Source of the DNA: Candidatus Atabeyarchaeum deiterrae
GTDB lineage: Archaea; Asgardarchaeota; Atabeyarchaeia; Atabeyarchaeales; Atabeyarchaeaceae
NCBI GenBank assembly: GCA_037310415.1
Contig: CP147780.1
Coordinates: forward strand, 2,176,001 to 2,240,000
Length of the DNA: 64,000 nucleotides
Direction of reading: 5' to 3'
Position numbers and translations under genes: made by a program. The notes below the pieces were generated by a model. It saw only the letters and a list, made by a program, of their open reading frames with translations, searched no databases and had not been told where the DNA came from. This document shows, one piece after another, positions 10,745-20,777 of the stretch. Every line of letters starts with the position of its first letter. Position 1 is the first letter of the stretch.

Positions 10745-12742
10745 CTATTTCTTCCTTATCTTGACGATTGTACTGTTGAATGTTGATCCTCCGCCGAGAT
10801 TCTGACTCGCGTCTGATATTATCGTGTTCTGAGGTTTTCCGTTCAAGTCGGTGAATTCTCTAGGTGACCACAATACTCCTCTCGGAACTGAATTTGAAAT
10901 CTCGGTTCTGACTCTGATGCTGCCAAAATCATTGAAAAGCTCGACAATACCTTTGTCAATTAGAGAATAGACCTTAGCATCTTGCGGGCTTACGAGAACT
11001 GTTGATGCTATTGGACCATACACGTCTTGGAACTGTGTGTGCGTATACTTAGCGACTGCGCTGCTCAGTAGCACAAATCCTTCATCTCCCAAAAGCTGGT
11101 ATTGTTTAGGCAGAGGCGATGCTCCCATCTGTTCAGCCCCTGTTGCGTAGAACTCTATTCTGCCTGTTGGAGTCTGATACTCTTCCTTGGGTTTCATTTT
11201 GAGCTTCAGTGTCTTGCCTTCTCTCAGGTCAGATGTACTTCCGTTTTCGAATGCGTTTTTCATGGCTGTCTCAATCGCCCTCCAAGGTTCCTCGCGTAGC
11301 CATTCTTCCTTAAGATCCAACCTTTCGGCTAGCTGAGACATAACCCATATTTCGTCTCTGCTTTCTCCTAAGGGCTCGATAACCTTGTTTGACTTTCTAA
11401 CGTAGCTGTGGCTGTATGAGGGTACAATGTCCTCTTTCTCCAAGAAGGTGGGCGAAGGCAAGATGAGATCCGCGTACCTCCTTGCCGTTTGGGTCCAATG
11501 AGTGTCGTTGACCACGACGAACAAATCTTTTCTCTTTAATCCTTCAATTATCGCATTCTGGTTGGGTAGGGTTTCGGCTGGGTTCATGTTGTGGATGTAG
11601 AGGAACTTGAATTCACCCTTTCTCAAGCGCTGACCCAGCGCTACTTGGCTGACCACTTTGATCTTCTTTTGTGTGAGGGATTCGCCTGTAAGGTAGCGAT
11701 TGTCTATGTTCCAAGCTCTGCCATTTGAGTAGAAGAAGCCCCTGTGCAAACCCATTAATGCGGGTATGAGCGAAATTGCCCTTACAGATTCTGCACCGTG
11801 TATACTCTTCTGCATTCCAATTCCAATCATTGTGACACTGGGTTTGTTTGAAGCATAAAGTTCAGCGAGCCTCGCTATGGTGCTCCAATTCAAGCCAGTG
11901 AGTTTCTCGATTGATTCGAGGCTCCAGTTGGATACTTCCTCCTTCAACTTATCGAAACCCTGCGTATATTTCTTGATGAAATTCTGGTCGACCAAATCTT
12001 TGTCGACTAGGTGTTTCATAACGCCGTAAGCTAATGCAACATCACTTCCGGGTGTCGGCCGAATCTGCAAGTCAGCCGCCTTTCCTGTCTCACTCTGCCT
12101 AGGATCTATAGCGACGATTAGTCCTCCCTTAGCCCTTGTCTTCGACGACAAAGAGAACAAATGTGGAGCGCTCACTGCTGCATTAAAGCCCCAAAAGACG
12201 GTCAATTTCATTTTAGGTAGATCGTCAGGGTCGACTCCATAGGATGTGCCATAGTGAAGTGAGAGTGCATCGTGTCCAGACTTACTGCAAATGGCGCCGT
12301 CTGTCTGGGTGAAACCAAGTGCATAGAATAACCTCTGATGCATGTATTCAGTAAGTAAACCCATGTTTCCGCTGTAGTACAAGTGCAAAAGAGAATCAGG
12401 TCCGAATTTGTTCAACGCGCCTGCGAGTCTATCAGCCAATAGACCAAGTGCGTCGTGCCATGAGATTCTTTCAAGTAATCCCTCAGGTTTTTCGCCCACT
12501 CGTCTATGAGGGTATAGAACCCGTTCCTGGCTGTATGTTCTCTTGATGTCTCCGACCCCTCGAGGACAGAGAAAACCTTGGGTGATTGGACTATTCTCAT
12601 CTCCAAGAACGCGAGTTGGTGTCATCTCATTGTCCAGGATGACTCTCATGAAGCAGGTGTCGTAGCAGTCACGGGGACAAACGGTTTCCACAAGAACCAT
12701 GAGCTCATCAGCTTCCGTGAATTGATGAGAGACATTGGGCAT
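10745..12742 (-). CDS. Molybdopterin-dependent oxidoreductase (DMSO reductase superfamily); start may be 12700
   Basis: CPRDCYDTC..LCPRG Fe-S motif, IDPR.SET, PGSDVALA, NPAET, C-terminal dinucleotide-binding domain. Confidence 0.9.
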   Translation of the reverse strand: MPNVSHQFTEADELMVLVETVCPRDCYDTCFMRVILDNEMTPTRVLGDENSPITQGFLCPRGVGDIKRTYSQERVLYPHRRVGEKPEGLLERISWHDALGLLADRLAGALNKFGPDSLLHLYYSGNMGLLTEYMHQRLFYALGFTQTDGAICSKSGHDALSLHYGTSYGVDPDDLPKMKLTVFWGFNAAVSAPHLFSLSSKTRAKGGLIVAIDPRQSETGKAADLQIRPTPGSDVALAYGVMKHLVDKDLVDQNFIKKYTQGFDKLKEEVSNWSLESIEKLTGLNWSTIARLAELYASNKPSVTMIGIGMQKSIHGAESVRAISLIPALMGLHRGFFYSNGRAWNIDNRYLTGESLTQKKIKVVSQVALGQRLRKGEFKFLYIHNMNPAETLPNQNAIIEGLKRKDLFVVVNDTHWTQTARRYADLILPSPTFLEKEDIVPSYSHSYVRKSNKVIEPLGESRDEIWVMSQLAERLDLKEEWLREEPWRAIETAMKNAFENGSTSDLREGKTLKLKMKPKEEYQTPTGRIEFYATGAEQMGASPLPKQYQLLGDEGFVLLSSAVAKYTHTQFQDVYGPIASTVLVSPQDAKVYSLIDKGIVELFNDFGSIRVRTEISNSVPRGVLWSPREFTDLNGKPQNTIISDASQNLGGGSTFNSTIVKIRKK

Positions 12743-12838
12743 ATTAAGTATTACCGAGCCTGTTCTTCGCTTGATTGATGTGGGCGGAATCTCAAATCAT
12801 TATCCCCTTTCGTTTCTCTTTATGTATGTCCTAACTCC

Positions 12839-13318
12839 TTACGAAGACCGCTGTGAGATTAGATCAATGACCATGCCCGCGGCATTCCCAATGTACTGCC
12901 GGCACTTTGTCTCCCACATCTTCTCATCATTGTACCTTTTGCGCCCCACTTCTGTGGCGAAGTCACATCCGGTCAGTTCTCGGCACAAAATGTGACCGTG
13001 TTCCTTTTCAAATCGCTTCAGAAATTCTCCAGCGAGCGCGTAGACTACAGTCTTCTGCTTAGGGTCATTGCGTCCGAACTTGAGTCCCAAAGCCATCACG
13101 CCTCCTGCAATCGCACCGCAGAGGGAACCGCAGCCGCCGACGCCTCCGCCAAATCCAGTAGCAATCTTCGGAATCAGTTCGCTGCGAATTCCGAGCCAAT
13201 CGCTGACCGCCAATAGTACAGACTCCGAGCACAGGAAACCTTCTGCAGCATGGGCCTTGCTTAGGTTCACAATTTTCTCTCTTTCTGTCAAGTCTATTAC
13301 CAACCTTTTTCTTTTCAT
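12839..13318 (-). CDS. C_GCAxxG_C_C family redox protein
   Basis: CSESVL, GFGGGVGG.GSLCGAIAGG, ILCREL, C..YI. Confidence 0.85.
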   Translation of the reverse strand: MKRKRLVIDLTEREKIVNLSKAHAAEGFLCSESVLLAVSDWLGIRSELIPKIATGFGGGVGGCGSLCGAIAGGVMALGLKFGRNDPKQKTVVYALAGEFLKRFEKEHGHILCRELTGCDFATEVGRKRYNDEKMWETKCRQYIGNAAGMVIDLISQRSS

Positions 13319-14454
13319 CGAACTCTCTCATCAACTAGGTTTGTTCCTAGCAGTTCTTCTATCTTTTTCGCCAACTTCTCGCCAATTCCTTTGATCTGCA
13401 TTAGCCCTGTGATTCCCTTCTCTCGGTAGATTTTCTTGACGCTTTCGATCAAGTCATCAAGTGCCCAAGCAGCTTTCCTGTAAGCCCATTCTCTGTATCC
13501 TCGTTGACCTGTCATCATCAATTCGCGAGCCTCGTTGTGGAATTCGGCTGCGATTTGCTTGTTGGCTTGAAGTGCTTTGGGATAAAAGTTCACGGGGCGA
13601 GGGATGTGGTCCGGTAGATTGTGCTTCTTGCAGTATTGGAGGACTTTCTGGTGAACCTCCACTTCATGCTCCCCTACTCGTTTTTCATCTTTGTAGAGTT
13701 CCTCGTATTTGGAGATTAAGCTGGGGTTGAATCTCTGAAGTGCATTGTAGAAGTGAGTCTTGCAGTAGCCCGTGAGGGTCAATCCGCCATCTAGAACATA
13801 TTCGCCGCCGCTTTCCTTTGTCATCCTAATGACTGACTCTATGTTCTCATCGGTGTCATAGATGAATGGTAGGATAGGCATGAAGATTGTTCCGGTCATG
13901 ATGCCGTTGTCCTTCAGTTGCTTCATTGCTTTGAATCGTGATGCCGTCGGTGGTGCTTTCGATTCAAGTTTCTGTCGAGTCTCATCGTCCTTGGTTGTGA
14001 TTATTGACCAACCAACGTTGAGATGGGATTTCAGGCTAATCTCTTTCAGCAAATCCAAGTCCTGAAGCAGCAACGGGGATTTCTCATTGACAAAGACTGG
14101 GAAACCCAATGAGAGGCAGACGCTCAGCATACCTCTAACGTACCGGTACTTTGTCTCAATAGGCTGATACCCATCAAGGTAGATCTCTTCAACTGGCTTG
14201 CCCCTCAACGCTCGCATAAGCAGGTCAGGCGCATTTTCCTTTATCTTAATGTACTCTGAGAATGGATCTTCGAACTTCAAAACATCAGGATCCCTTTCAG
14301 CTTTGTGCGGATTGTATTTTTCGTCTCGAGAATAGCAATACTGGCAGCCATGCTCGCACCCAATGTAGGGATCAGCTGAGTATTTCGTCCAAAACCATCC
14401 ATCGACATGCTTATGGATGTTGAGAATGTGTTTGGTTCTATAGACCTTGTACAT
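13315..14454 (-). CDS. Radical SAM protein (SplB/Rv2578c-like) with C-terminal helix-hairpin-helix domain
   Basis: PYIGCEHGCQYCY; YQPIE; MPILPFI; C-terminal AYRKAA..IKGIGEKLA. Confidence 0.85.
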   Translation of the reverse strand: MYKVYRTKHILNIHKHVDGWFWTKYSADPYIGCEHGCQYCYSRDEKYNPHKAERDPDVLKFEDPFSEYIKIKENAPDLLMRALRGKPVEEIYLDGYQPIETKYRYVRGMLSVCLSLGFPVFVNEKSPLLLQDLDLLKEISLKSHLNVGWSIITTKDDETRQKLESKAPPTASRFKAMKQLKDNGIMTGTIFMPILPFIYDTDENIESVIRMTKESGGEYVLDGGLTLTGYCKTHFYNALQRFNPSLISKYEELYKDEKRVGEHEVEVHQKVLQYCKKHNLPDHIPRPVNFYPKALQANKQIAAEFHNEARELMMTGQRGYREWAYRKAAWALDDLIESVKKIYREKGITGLMQIKGIGEKLAKKIEELLGTNLVDERVR

Positions 14455-14656
14455 GTCCCTCTATCACTGACCTTCTATTCTTGTCTATGTGTTGCTACTT
14501 TGCTTGTCATGTGTCTGGAGATCCTCTCTTTTCCCAAGGATTTTGGTCTGTCGAACGCCACGAAGAGGCTTCGCGGATTGATGTTTAGGCTTATATTGAG
14601 GTAGATTCATCCTACTAAGATAAGGATCCCATTCGAGATAATAGGCGTGTGGAAAC

Positions 14657-15271
14657 ATGGAGGAGAAGGAAATTACTTCTATCTTTGTGGTAGGCCTCGG
14701 CGGTCAAGGGACGATAATGTTTTCAAAGATCCTGTCTACGGCACTGCTACGTAGTGGCTTCAATCTGATTGTGAAGGAAACGACCGGTGGAACGCATCGA
14801 GGCTCGCCTGTGTTCTCTGAGATCAAGTTCGGGTCATCAGGACTGGCGCCTGGTATAGGTGATGGTGAAGCTGATGTAGCGGTCGGGCTTGAGCCTCTTG
14901 AATGTTTGAGATATGCGAGGAAGTATTCCCCTAGCAGTGTCGTGTTAGTTAGCACTCATCCCATTCCTCCTCCTCTTACAATATCCGGGAAGCCATATCC
15001 TCCATTGAAAGCAATTCTCGACGGCCTGAAGGAACTTACTGGAAAACTGATCCAATTCAATGCTACCAAGATCGCTGTCGAAGATTGTGGACATCAGGCA
15101 GTGGCTAACATGGTTATGTTGGGTGTCTTCACGGGATTGAGGATAATTAAAGGGCTCAAGAAGGAGCGTGTTATGGAAGCTGTTCAGGAGCTCACACCCG
15201 AGGCATCTAGGGATATGAATATCGCCGCATTTGAAAAAGGATTGCAGCTAAGCGTAAGACTCGATGAGTAG
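14657..15271 (+). CDS. iorB: Indolepyruvate:ferredoxin oxidoreductase beta subunit
   Basis: VGLGGQG, RGSPVFSEI, LEPLECLRY, ANMVMLG, NIAAFEKG. Confidence 0.88.
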   Translation: MEEKEITSIFVVGLGGQGTIMFSKILSTALLRSGFNLIVKETTGGTHRGSPVFSEIKFGSSGLAPGIGDGEADVAVGLEPLECLRYARKYSPSSVVLVSTHPIPPPLTISGKPYPPLKAILDGLKELTGKLIQFNATKIAVEDCGHQAVANMVMLGVFTGLRIIKGLKKERVMEAVQELTPEASRDMNIAAFEKGLQLSVRLDE

Positions 15272-15274
15272 AGA

Positions 15275-17278
15275 ATGGAAGGTAACAAGGAGGCAATTAT
15301 GGTCATGGCTAAAACTACCATCGAACCTGCTGACGAATCGGAGTATGCCGAGAGAACATTCAGAAAGTTCGTCTCGGAAGATGTCGCAAAGAACTCACCG
15401 GGAGAAGTTGTATTGCTAAATGGGAATGAGGCAATCTCGCGGGGAGCGATCGAAGCCGGCATCTCGGTCGCAACCAGCTACCCTGGGAGCCCTGCCACAT
15501 ATATACTCGAGAATGTTGCCGCAGCTGCGAAGCAGCGTGGAATACACGCTGAATGGAGCACTAATGAAAAAGTCGCATACGAAGTTGCATATGGGGCTGC
15601 GGCTTCGGGAGCGAGAGCTCTATTCGCTTGCAAGAACGTTGGAATGAACTGGATAATGGATCCCTTGGTCAACTCTGTAACTCTTGGGGTGAAAGGAGCC
15701 TTAGTTCTAGCGGTGATTGATGACCCTGGTGCAGACGTCACAACGGATGAACAAGATAGCCGCTACTTGGCGATGTTCGCCGAGATACCCATTCTCGAAC
15801 CATCTTCACCGCAAGAGTCAAAGGACATAACTCTAGAAGCTTTCAGAATCTCAGAGGCGATCAAGATCCCTGTGATCGTGCGTTCCTTGCGTCAGCTGGC
15901 TTATGGGAGGGGAAACGTGAAACTCGGACCGATCATGAGCAAGACTATTCCAAAACTCGATAAGAGTATGAGATACGTGTGTGGCATTGGCATGGTTGTC
16001 AGTGCTCGGCACTCAATGTTCCACACACAGAAACTCAAGAAACTTGAAACTTTCATAGAGGAAACACCGTTAAATGAGCTGAAGTTAAGGGGTGGAGAGA
16101 GACTCGCCGTAATCACGGCTGGGCTATCGCACGCATACCTTATCGAAGCCCTCAAACAACTCGGGGTGAATGAAGATGAAGTTGCCTGGCTTAAGCTGGG
16201 AATCTCATACCCCTTGCCAAAAGGCAAGGTCTCGAAGTTGCTCCAAGCGGTGGACAAGGTTCTCATTATCGAGGAGATCGAACCTTTCGTCGAAGACCAA
16301 GTGAAAGCAATAGCTTCTGACTTGGACAAGCACGCAGCGATCTATGGAAAGAGAACTAATTATCTGCCGATAGGAGAGCTTGACGTCCACCGAGTTGCCA
16401 AAGCAATGTCCACCTTTGCAGAGGTAGAGTTCAAAACGAGAGGATCTGAAGAGCACTTGGACAAGGCGAAAAAGATGGCTTCAGCTCTGCCGTTTCGGTC
16501 GCCTGGGGCATTCTGCCCCGGTTGTCCGCACATAGCAAGTCTCTACAGCTTGAAGATAACCGCAGAGAAGCTTTTCAATAGAAACTATAATATTCACGGG
16601 GACATCGGATGTTATCAACTTGCAATCTTGCCGCCTTATTCATTTGTTGACACTTGCCTCTGCATGGGAGCCGGACTTGGCATTGGAAGCGGCGCATACT
16701 TCGCTGGAGCCCCAGGGAAAAACATTGTCACACTTGGCGACAGCACATTCATACACGCGGGTATCCCGGGTCTGATTAACGCAGTCTATAACAAGGCTGA
16801 ACTCACTCTTGTGATCTTGGACAATAGAACCACGGGCGCTACAGGTCACCAACCTCATCCAGCTGCCTTTGGAGTCACTGCGACTGGAGAGGAAACGAAG
16901 CAGCTTGACATTGCCGAGATAGTCAAAGCTTTGAGAGTTGATTACTTGCGAGTGGTAGATCCATACGATATAGGAAAGACCATTGTCACATTTGAGGAAG
17001 CTCTAACTCAGAAAGGGGTTTCAGTAGTGGTATGCAGAAGAGCATGTGCCGTTATCGCTGAGAGACAGATGGGTGGCCGCGGGGTTTACAGACCCCCGCA
17101 GTTCAAGATTGATTCGGATGTGTGCACTAAGTGTGGAATATGCTTCGATAGACTGGGTTGCCCGTCGATCATTCAAGTAGAAAGAAATGCGACACCAACA
17201 ATTGATGATTCAACCTGTTTCGGTTGCGGAGTCTGCGCCAAAGTATGCCCTGTTGACGCAATCAGATGGTTGAAATAG
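15275..17278 (+). CDS. iorA: Indolepyruvate:ferredoxin oxidoreductase alpha subunit
   Basis: GNEAISRGA, YPGSP, NEKVAYE, EQDSR, FCPGCPH, GDIGCY, GDSTF.HAG, DNRTTG.TGHQP, two C-terminal 4Fe-4S motifs. Confidence 0.93.
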   Translation: MEGNKEAIMVMAKTTIEPADESEYAERTFRKFVSEDVAKNSPGEVVLLNGNEAISRGAIEAGISVATSYPGSPATYILENVAAAAKQRGIHAEWSTNEKVAYEVAYGAAASGARALFACKNVGMNWIMDPLVNSVTLGVKGALVLAVIDDPGADVTTDEQDSRYLAMFAEIPILEPSSPQESKDITLEAFRISEAIKIPVIVRSLRQLAYGRGNVKLGPIMSKTIPKLDKSMRYVCGIGMVVSARHSMFHTQKLKKLETFIEETPLNELKLRGGERLAVITAGLSHAYLIEALKQLGVNEDEVAWLKLGISYPLPKGKVSKLLQAVDKVLIIEEIEPFVEDQVKAIASDLDKHAAIYGKRTNYLPIGELDVHRVAKAMSTFAEVEFKTRGSEEHLDKAKKMASALPFRSPGAFCPGCPHIASLYSLKITAEKLFNRNYNIHGDIGCYQLAILPPYSFVDTCLCMGAGLGIGSGAYFAGAPGKNIVTLGDSTFIHAGIPGLINAVYNKAELTLVILDNRTTGATGHQPHPAAFGVTATGEETKQLDIAEIVKALRVDYLRVVDPYDIGKTIVTFEEALTQKGVSVVVCRRACAVIAERQMGGRGVYRPPQFKIDSDVCTKCGICFDRLGCPSIIQVERNATPTIDDSTCFGCGVCAKVCPVDAIRWLK

Positions 17279-17333
17279 AAAACGATGCTCTGGTATTCTA
17301 GAATAGACACAAGCGCGATGTTGGCAAGGAGGA

Positions 17334-17945
17334 GTGAGAGTGCAGCCCAACAGACTCGTGAAATGCACCGACTTCCCATGCTTAGACGTAAGTAAGGAAG
17401 GCTATTTGGTGCCAGACGTGGAGATAGATCCCGAGAAAATTCATGTCATAATGATCTCGGAAGCCCCTCCTAAGGAAAAAAGCGACTACTTCTATGCGCA
17501 GAACAATCCTTTCTATTTGCAGACGACCGTTCAAGCCTTCCAAGATGCAGGCACAAAGGTATCTTCTATGAAAGATGTGCTGCACTTGGGAGTATATGTG
17601 ACCACAGCCATAAAATGCGCAAAAACCGCATACGCGATTTCTCCCAAGACGATTGAGAATTGCTCACGCATAGTGCTAGAGAACGAAATGAGACTGTTTC
17701 CAAAAGCTAGGACAGTCATGCTGATGGGAGACACTGCAATAAAAGCAATGAATTTCGTAGCCAAGAGAAACACTGGCAAGGCGATAATCCCAAGCGGTTC
17801 TACATACAAAATCAGAAAAGGCGAGTACCACTTCAAGCAGCTTAAGGTCATTCCTTCGTACCTGCAGACGGGAAAGAGCTATCTGATTGAAAAGTCCAAG
17901 AGAAAGATGATAGCAGAAGACATCAAGAGAGCGCTAGAATTGTAG
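17334..17945 (+). CDS. Uracil-DNA glycosylase superfamily protein
   Basis: IMISEAPP, TTAIKC, ENC, MLMG motifs of the UDG fold. Confidence 0.7.
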   Translation: MRVQPNRLVKCTDFPCLDVSKEGYLVPDVEIDPEKIHVIMISEAPPKEKSDYFYAQNNPFYLQTTVQAFQDAGTKVSSMKDVLHLGVYVTTAIKCAKTAYAISPKTIENCSRIVLENEMRLFPKARTVMLMGDTAIKAMNFVAKRNTGKAIIPSGSTYKIRKGEYHFKQLKVIPSYLQTGKSYLIEKSKRKMIAEDIKRALEL

Positions 17946-17986
17946 GAAATCATTCTCTCGTTGAATACGGACTGTCACGACAGGAA

Positions 17987-19273
17987 GTGAGTCAGATGAG
18001 AGACAGCGGCAGTCTAGCGACTGGATTCAGATGCATTGAGTGCGGCAAAGAGTACACCCTAGACAAGATTCTCTACTCCTGCCCTGAGTGTGCCCCAAAA
18101 GGAATGTTTCGCGGAACACTGGACATTGAATACGACCTCGAGGAAGCTAAGTCAAGCATAAACAGAGAAGTCCTCGAAAGGAGAACAACCCCGTCTTGGA
18201 AGTACGCAGAACTACTGCCGATTTTTGACGAATCGTTCATTGTAACCTTAGGCGAGGGCAACACGCCACTTCAGAGAGCTGAGAAACTTGGCGCGACAAT
18301 AGGAGCAAAGCAGTTGTTTTTGAAGAACGAAACGCGTAACCCAACGTGGAGTTTCAAGGATAGAATCTTCTCCGTGATGGTTTCGAAAGCGCTTGAATAT
18401 GGTTACAAGACAATCGCGCTAGCATCGACTGGGAACGCTGCAGCTGCAGCCTCAGCATACGCCGCAAAGGCAGGGATCGGCTGCCACATTTTTGTCCCTG
18501 AGGCAACCTCGACAGCAAAGATAACACAGATGTTAATGCACCAGGCAGAAGTGGTGAAGGTTAAGGGAGGGCTGCTGGAGGCTGGGTCACTTTCTTCTGA
18601 GGCGTGCAAGCAATTCAAGTGGTTCAATGTTACCACTGGGAAATCAATGCAACCATATTCAACTGAAGGATCAAAGACGATCGCCTATGAGATAGCGGAA
18701 CAGTTGAACTATGAAGTTCCTGATAATGTGATCGTTCCAGTTGGTGGAGGGGACACTTTTGGGGGAATATGGAAGGGATTCAAAGATCTTAAGGAGATCG
18801 GCTTAACAGATAAACTGCCCCGCATGGTTCTGGCCGAAGCAGAGGGAGCCCCGCTCATAGCAAGAGCATTTCACGAGAAGAAGCAATATTTCCAAGTTAC
18901 CCCGATTGAGCCGAAGACCATTGCAGCAGGAATCAAGGTAGGAATCATAACTGGTCCCTGGGCGCTTAACGCCTTGAAGGAGAGCAGAGGAGAAGCTGAA
19001 ACAGTTTCAGACGATGAGATAGTTCAAGCTGAGAAACTTATGGCTGTAAAGGAAGCGTTGTTCGCAGAGCCTGCAAGCGCGGCTCCAGTGGCAGTGCTCA
19101 AGAAACTCTTGGACAAGAGCAGAATAAACAAGGATGAAACCTGTGTCTGCATTGTCACGGGAGCTGGATTGAAAGACATTGATCCCTTGGAGAAGTACCT
19201 CGAAGCTCCTCCAGTCATCAAGTCCGACATAAAAGTGCTGCAGGCCTTATTGGAGCGGAAAGAAAAATCCTAA
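17987..19273 (+). CDS. thrC: Threonine synthase
   Basis: N-terminal Zn ribbon, LGEGNTPL, NPTWSFKDR (PLP Lys), ASTGNA, VPVGGG, AEPASA, TGAGLKD. Confidence 0.88.
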   Translation: MSQMRDSGSLATGFRCIECGKEYTLDKILYSCPECAPKGMFRGTLDIEYDLEEAKSSINREVLERRTTPSWKYAELLPIFDESFIVTLGEGNTPLQRAEKLGATIGAKQLFLKNETRNPTWSFKDRIFSVMVSKALEYGYKTIALASTGNAAAAASAYAAKAGIGCHIFVPEATSTAKITQMLMHQAEVVKVKGGLLEAGSLSSEACKQFKWFNVTTGKSMQPYSTEGSKTIAYEIAEQLNYEVPDNVIVPVGGGDTFGGIWKGFKDLKEIGLTDKLPRMVLAEAEGAPLIARAFHEKKQYFQVTPIEPKTIAAGIKVGIITGPWALNALKESRGEAETVSDDEIVQAEKLMAVKEALFAEPASAAPVAVLKKLLDKSRINKDETCVCIVTGAGLKDIDPLEKYLEAPPVIKSDIKVLQALLERKEKS

Positions 19274-19399
19274 TGCGAAAAAGAGACCCTAGCCGCAACG
19301 CCCCGAACAAGGCGACGAGAACAGGTCGAAGATCAACTCGCAAAAAATAGATGAATAGTCCGGCTCGCCAGCGCCAGGAACTGTTCATCTCTAATTGAC

Positions 19400-20416
19400 T
19401 CAGGTTCCCTTCAATTTCTGGAGCCTGCTGATTGTTTCGTCTGCCTCTTTCATGATCCGTTCTATTACTTCTTTCACAGTAGGTGTGTCCTTAACCCTTC
19501 CGGCAACCTGTCCGCATAGCATTATTCCCTTTTTGATATCTCCGTCTTTCTCTGCTAGTGGCCACCTTGGCAGCTCCCATGATCGAATTTTGTCTTCATC
19601 GATTCCCTTAGCTACGAGATCCTTTTGCTCCTTCACATATTCGTTTACTAGGTGCCTTGCGGGACCAAACATGCCCAGAATAACCTCGGTATCGGTCTCC
19701 TTTGATTCCATGATCTTCTTCTTGTAGTTCTCGTGGAATTCGCATTCCTTTGTGTTGATGAATCGTGTTCCCATCTGTATTCCCTGCGCTCCCATTGCAA
19801 GTGCTGATGCGAGACCTCTCCCGTCGCAGAAGCCTCCTGCAGCTATCACTGGGATCTTAACTGCGTCCACGACCGCCGGAACTAGGACGCCAGTATGAAC
19901 AGGTGTCGGTGAGACGTGTCCACCCGCTTCGTAACCTGACGCAATGACGGCGTCGCAGCCAACTTCTTCAGCTTTCTTAGCGTGGCGAACAGTAGGAACT
20001 ACATGCATGACTTTCAAGCCTACGTCTTTGAATTTCTTTGTGAAGAGAGTCGGGTCCCCTGCGGAGGTGATGACTGCCTTGAGTCTTTTCTTGATTTCTG
20101 GGTCGTTCTGCACTTGGTCAACAACCATGTCAGCTAACTTGTACGCGTCGAGCAAAAGTTGCAGCTTCGCTACCCGTATATTCAAAGCGAAGTTTCCCTT
20201 GGTTCCCTTTTTCACGACCTGCATATCCTGTTTCATTTTTGAGACCGAGTCCGTGGCGGTGTCTTTGGGTTCAAGTATGCCAGCATGACTGACAGTGCCG
20301 AGTCCTCCTGCTTCGGAGACTGCAATCGCCAGTTTTGTTGTTACAAACGGACCCATTGGGGCTTGTAGAATTGGGTACTTTACGCCGAAAAGGTCGCAGA
20401 TTTTCGTTCGAATCAT
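19400..20416 (-). CDS. Nitronate monooxygenase / FabK-like flavoprotein
   Basis: YPILQAPM, VSEAGGLG, GYEAGGH, IAAGG, GIQMGTRF, GQVAG. Confidence 0.88.
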   Translation of the reverse strand: MIRTKICDLFGVKYPILQAPMGPFVTTKLAIAVSEAGGLGTVSHAGILEPKDTATDSVSKMKQDMQVVKKGTKGNFALNIRVAKLQLLLDAYKLADMVVDQVQNDPEIKKRLKAVITSAGDPTLFTKKFKDVGLKVMHVVPTVRHAKKAEEVGCDAVIASGYEAGGHVSPTPVHTGVLVPAVVDAVKIPVIAAGGFCDGRGLASALAMGAQGIQMGTRFINTKECEFHENYKKKIMESKETDTEVILGMFGPARHLVNEYVKEQKDLVAKGIDEDKIRSWELPRWPLAEKDGDIKKGIMLCGQVAGRVKDTPTVKEVIERIMKEADETISRLQKLKGT

Positions 20417-20777
20417 GTTTCAAGATCACTTCCAACCAAATTCGCAATGTGTATTATAGATTGATCCGCTAGTTTCTCACCTAAAAAAATTGTGTATGCG
20501 ACGATGAGGACCCAGATGACGATGAATCGAAGTAACCGAGTCGGAAACGTGGATTTGGCGTCCGGCACGAAAGGTTCCAACGCGAATCGATGATCTTGAA
20601 GTGTTGTCTTCCAATTGCTTGAGTGTTTTCTTTGTTTACGGAATTTTACGAGTTTCAATTTCTGTGAACGAAACACAAATCGTTAAATCACTAAGCTGTC
20701 AAAGGAAAACACGAAGAACCCCAGATAACTTGCTATTTAAGTCTCATAGAATCAAGAAGGGGGCGCTATTAAGCAAA

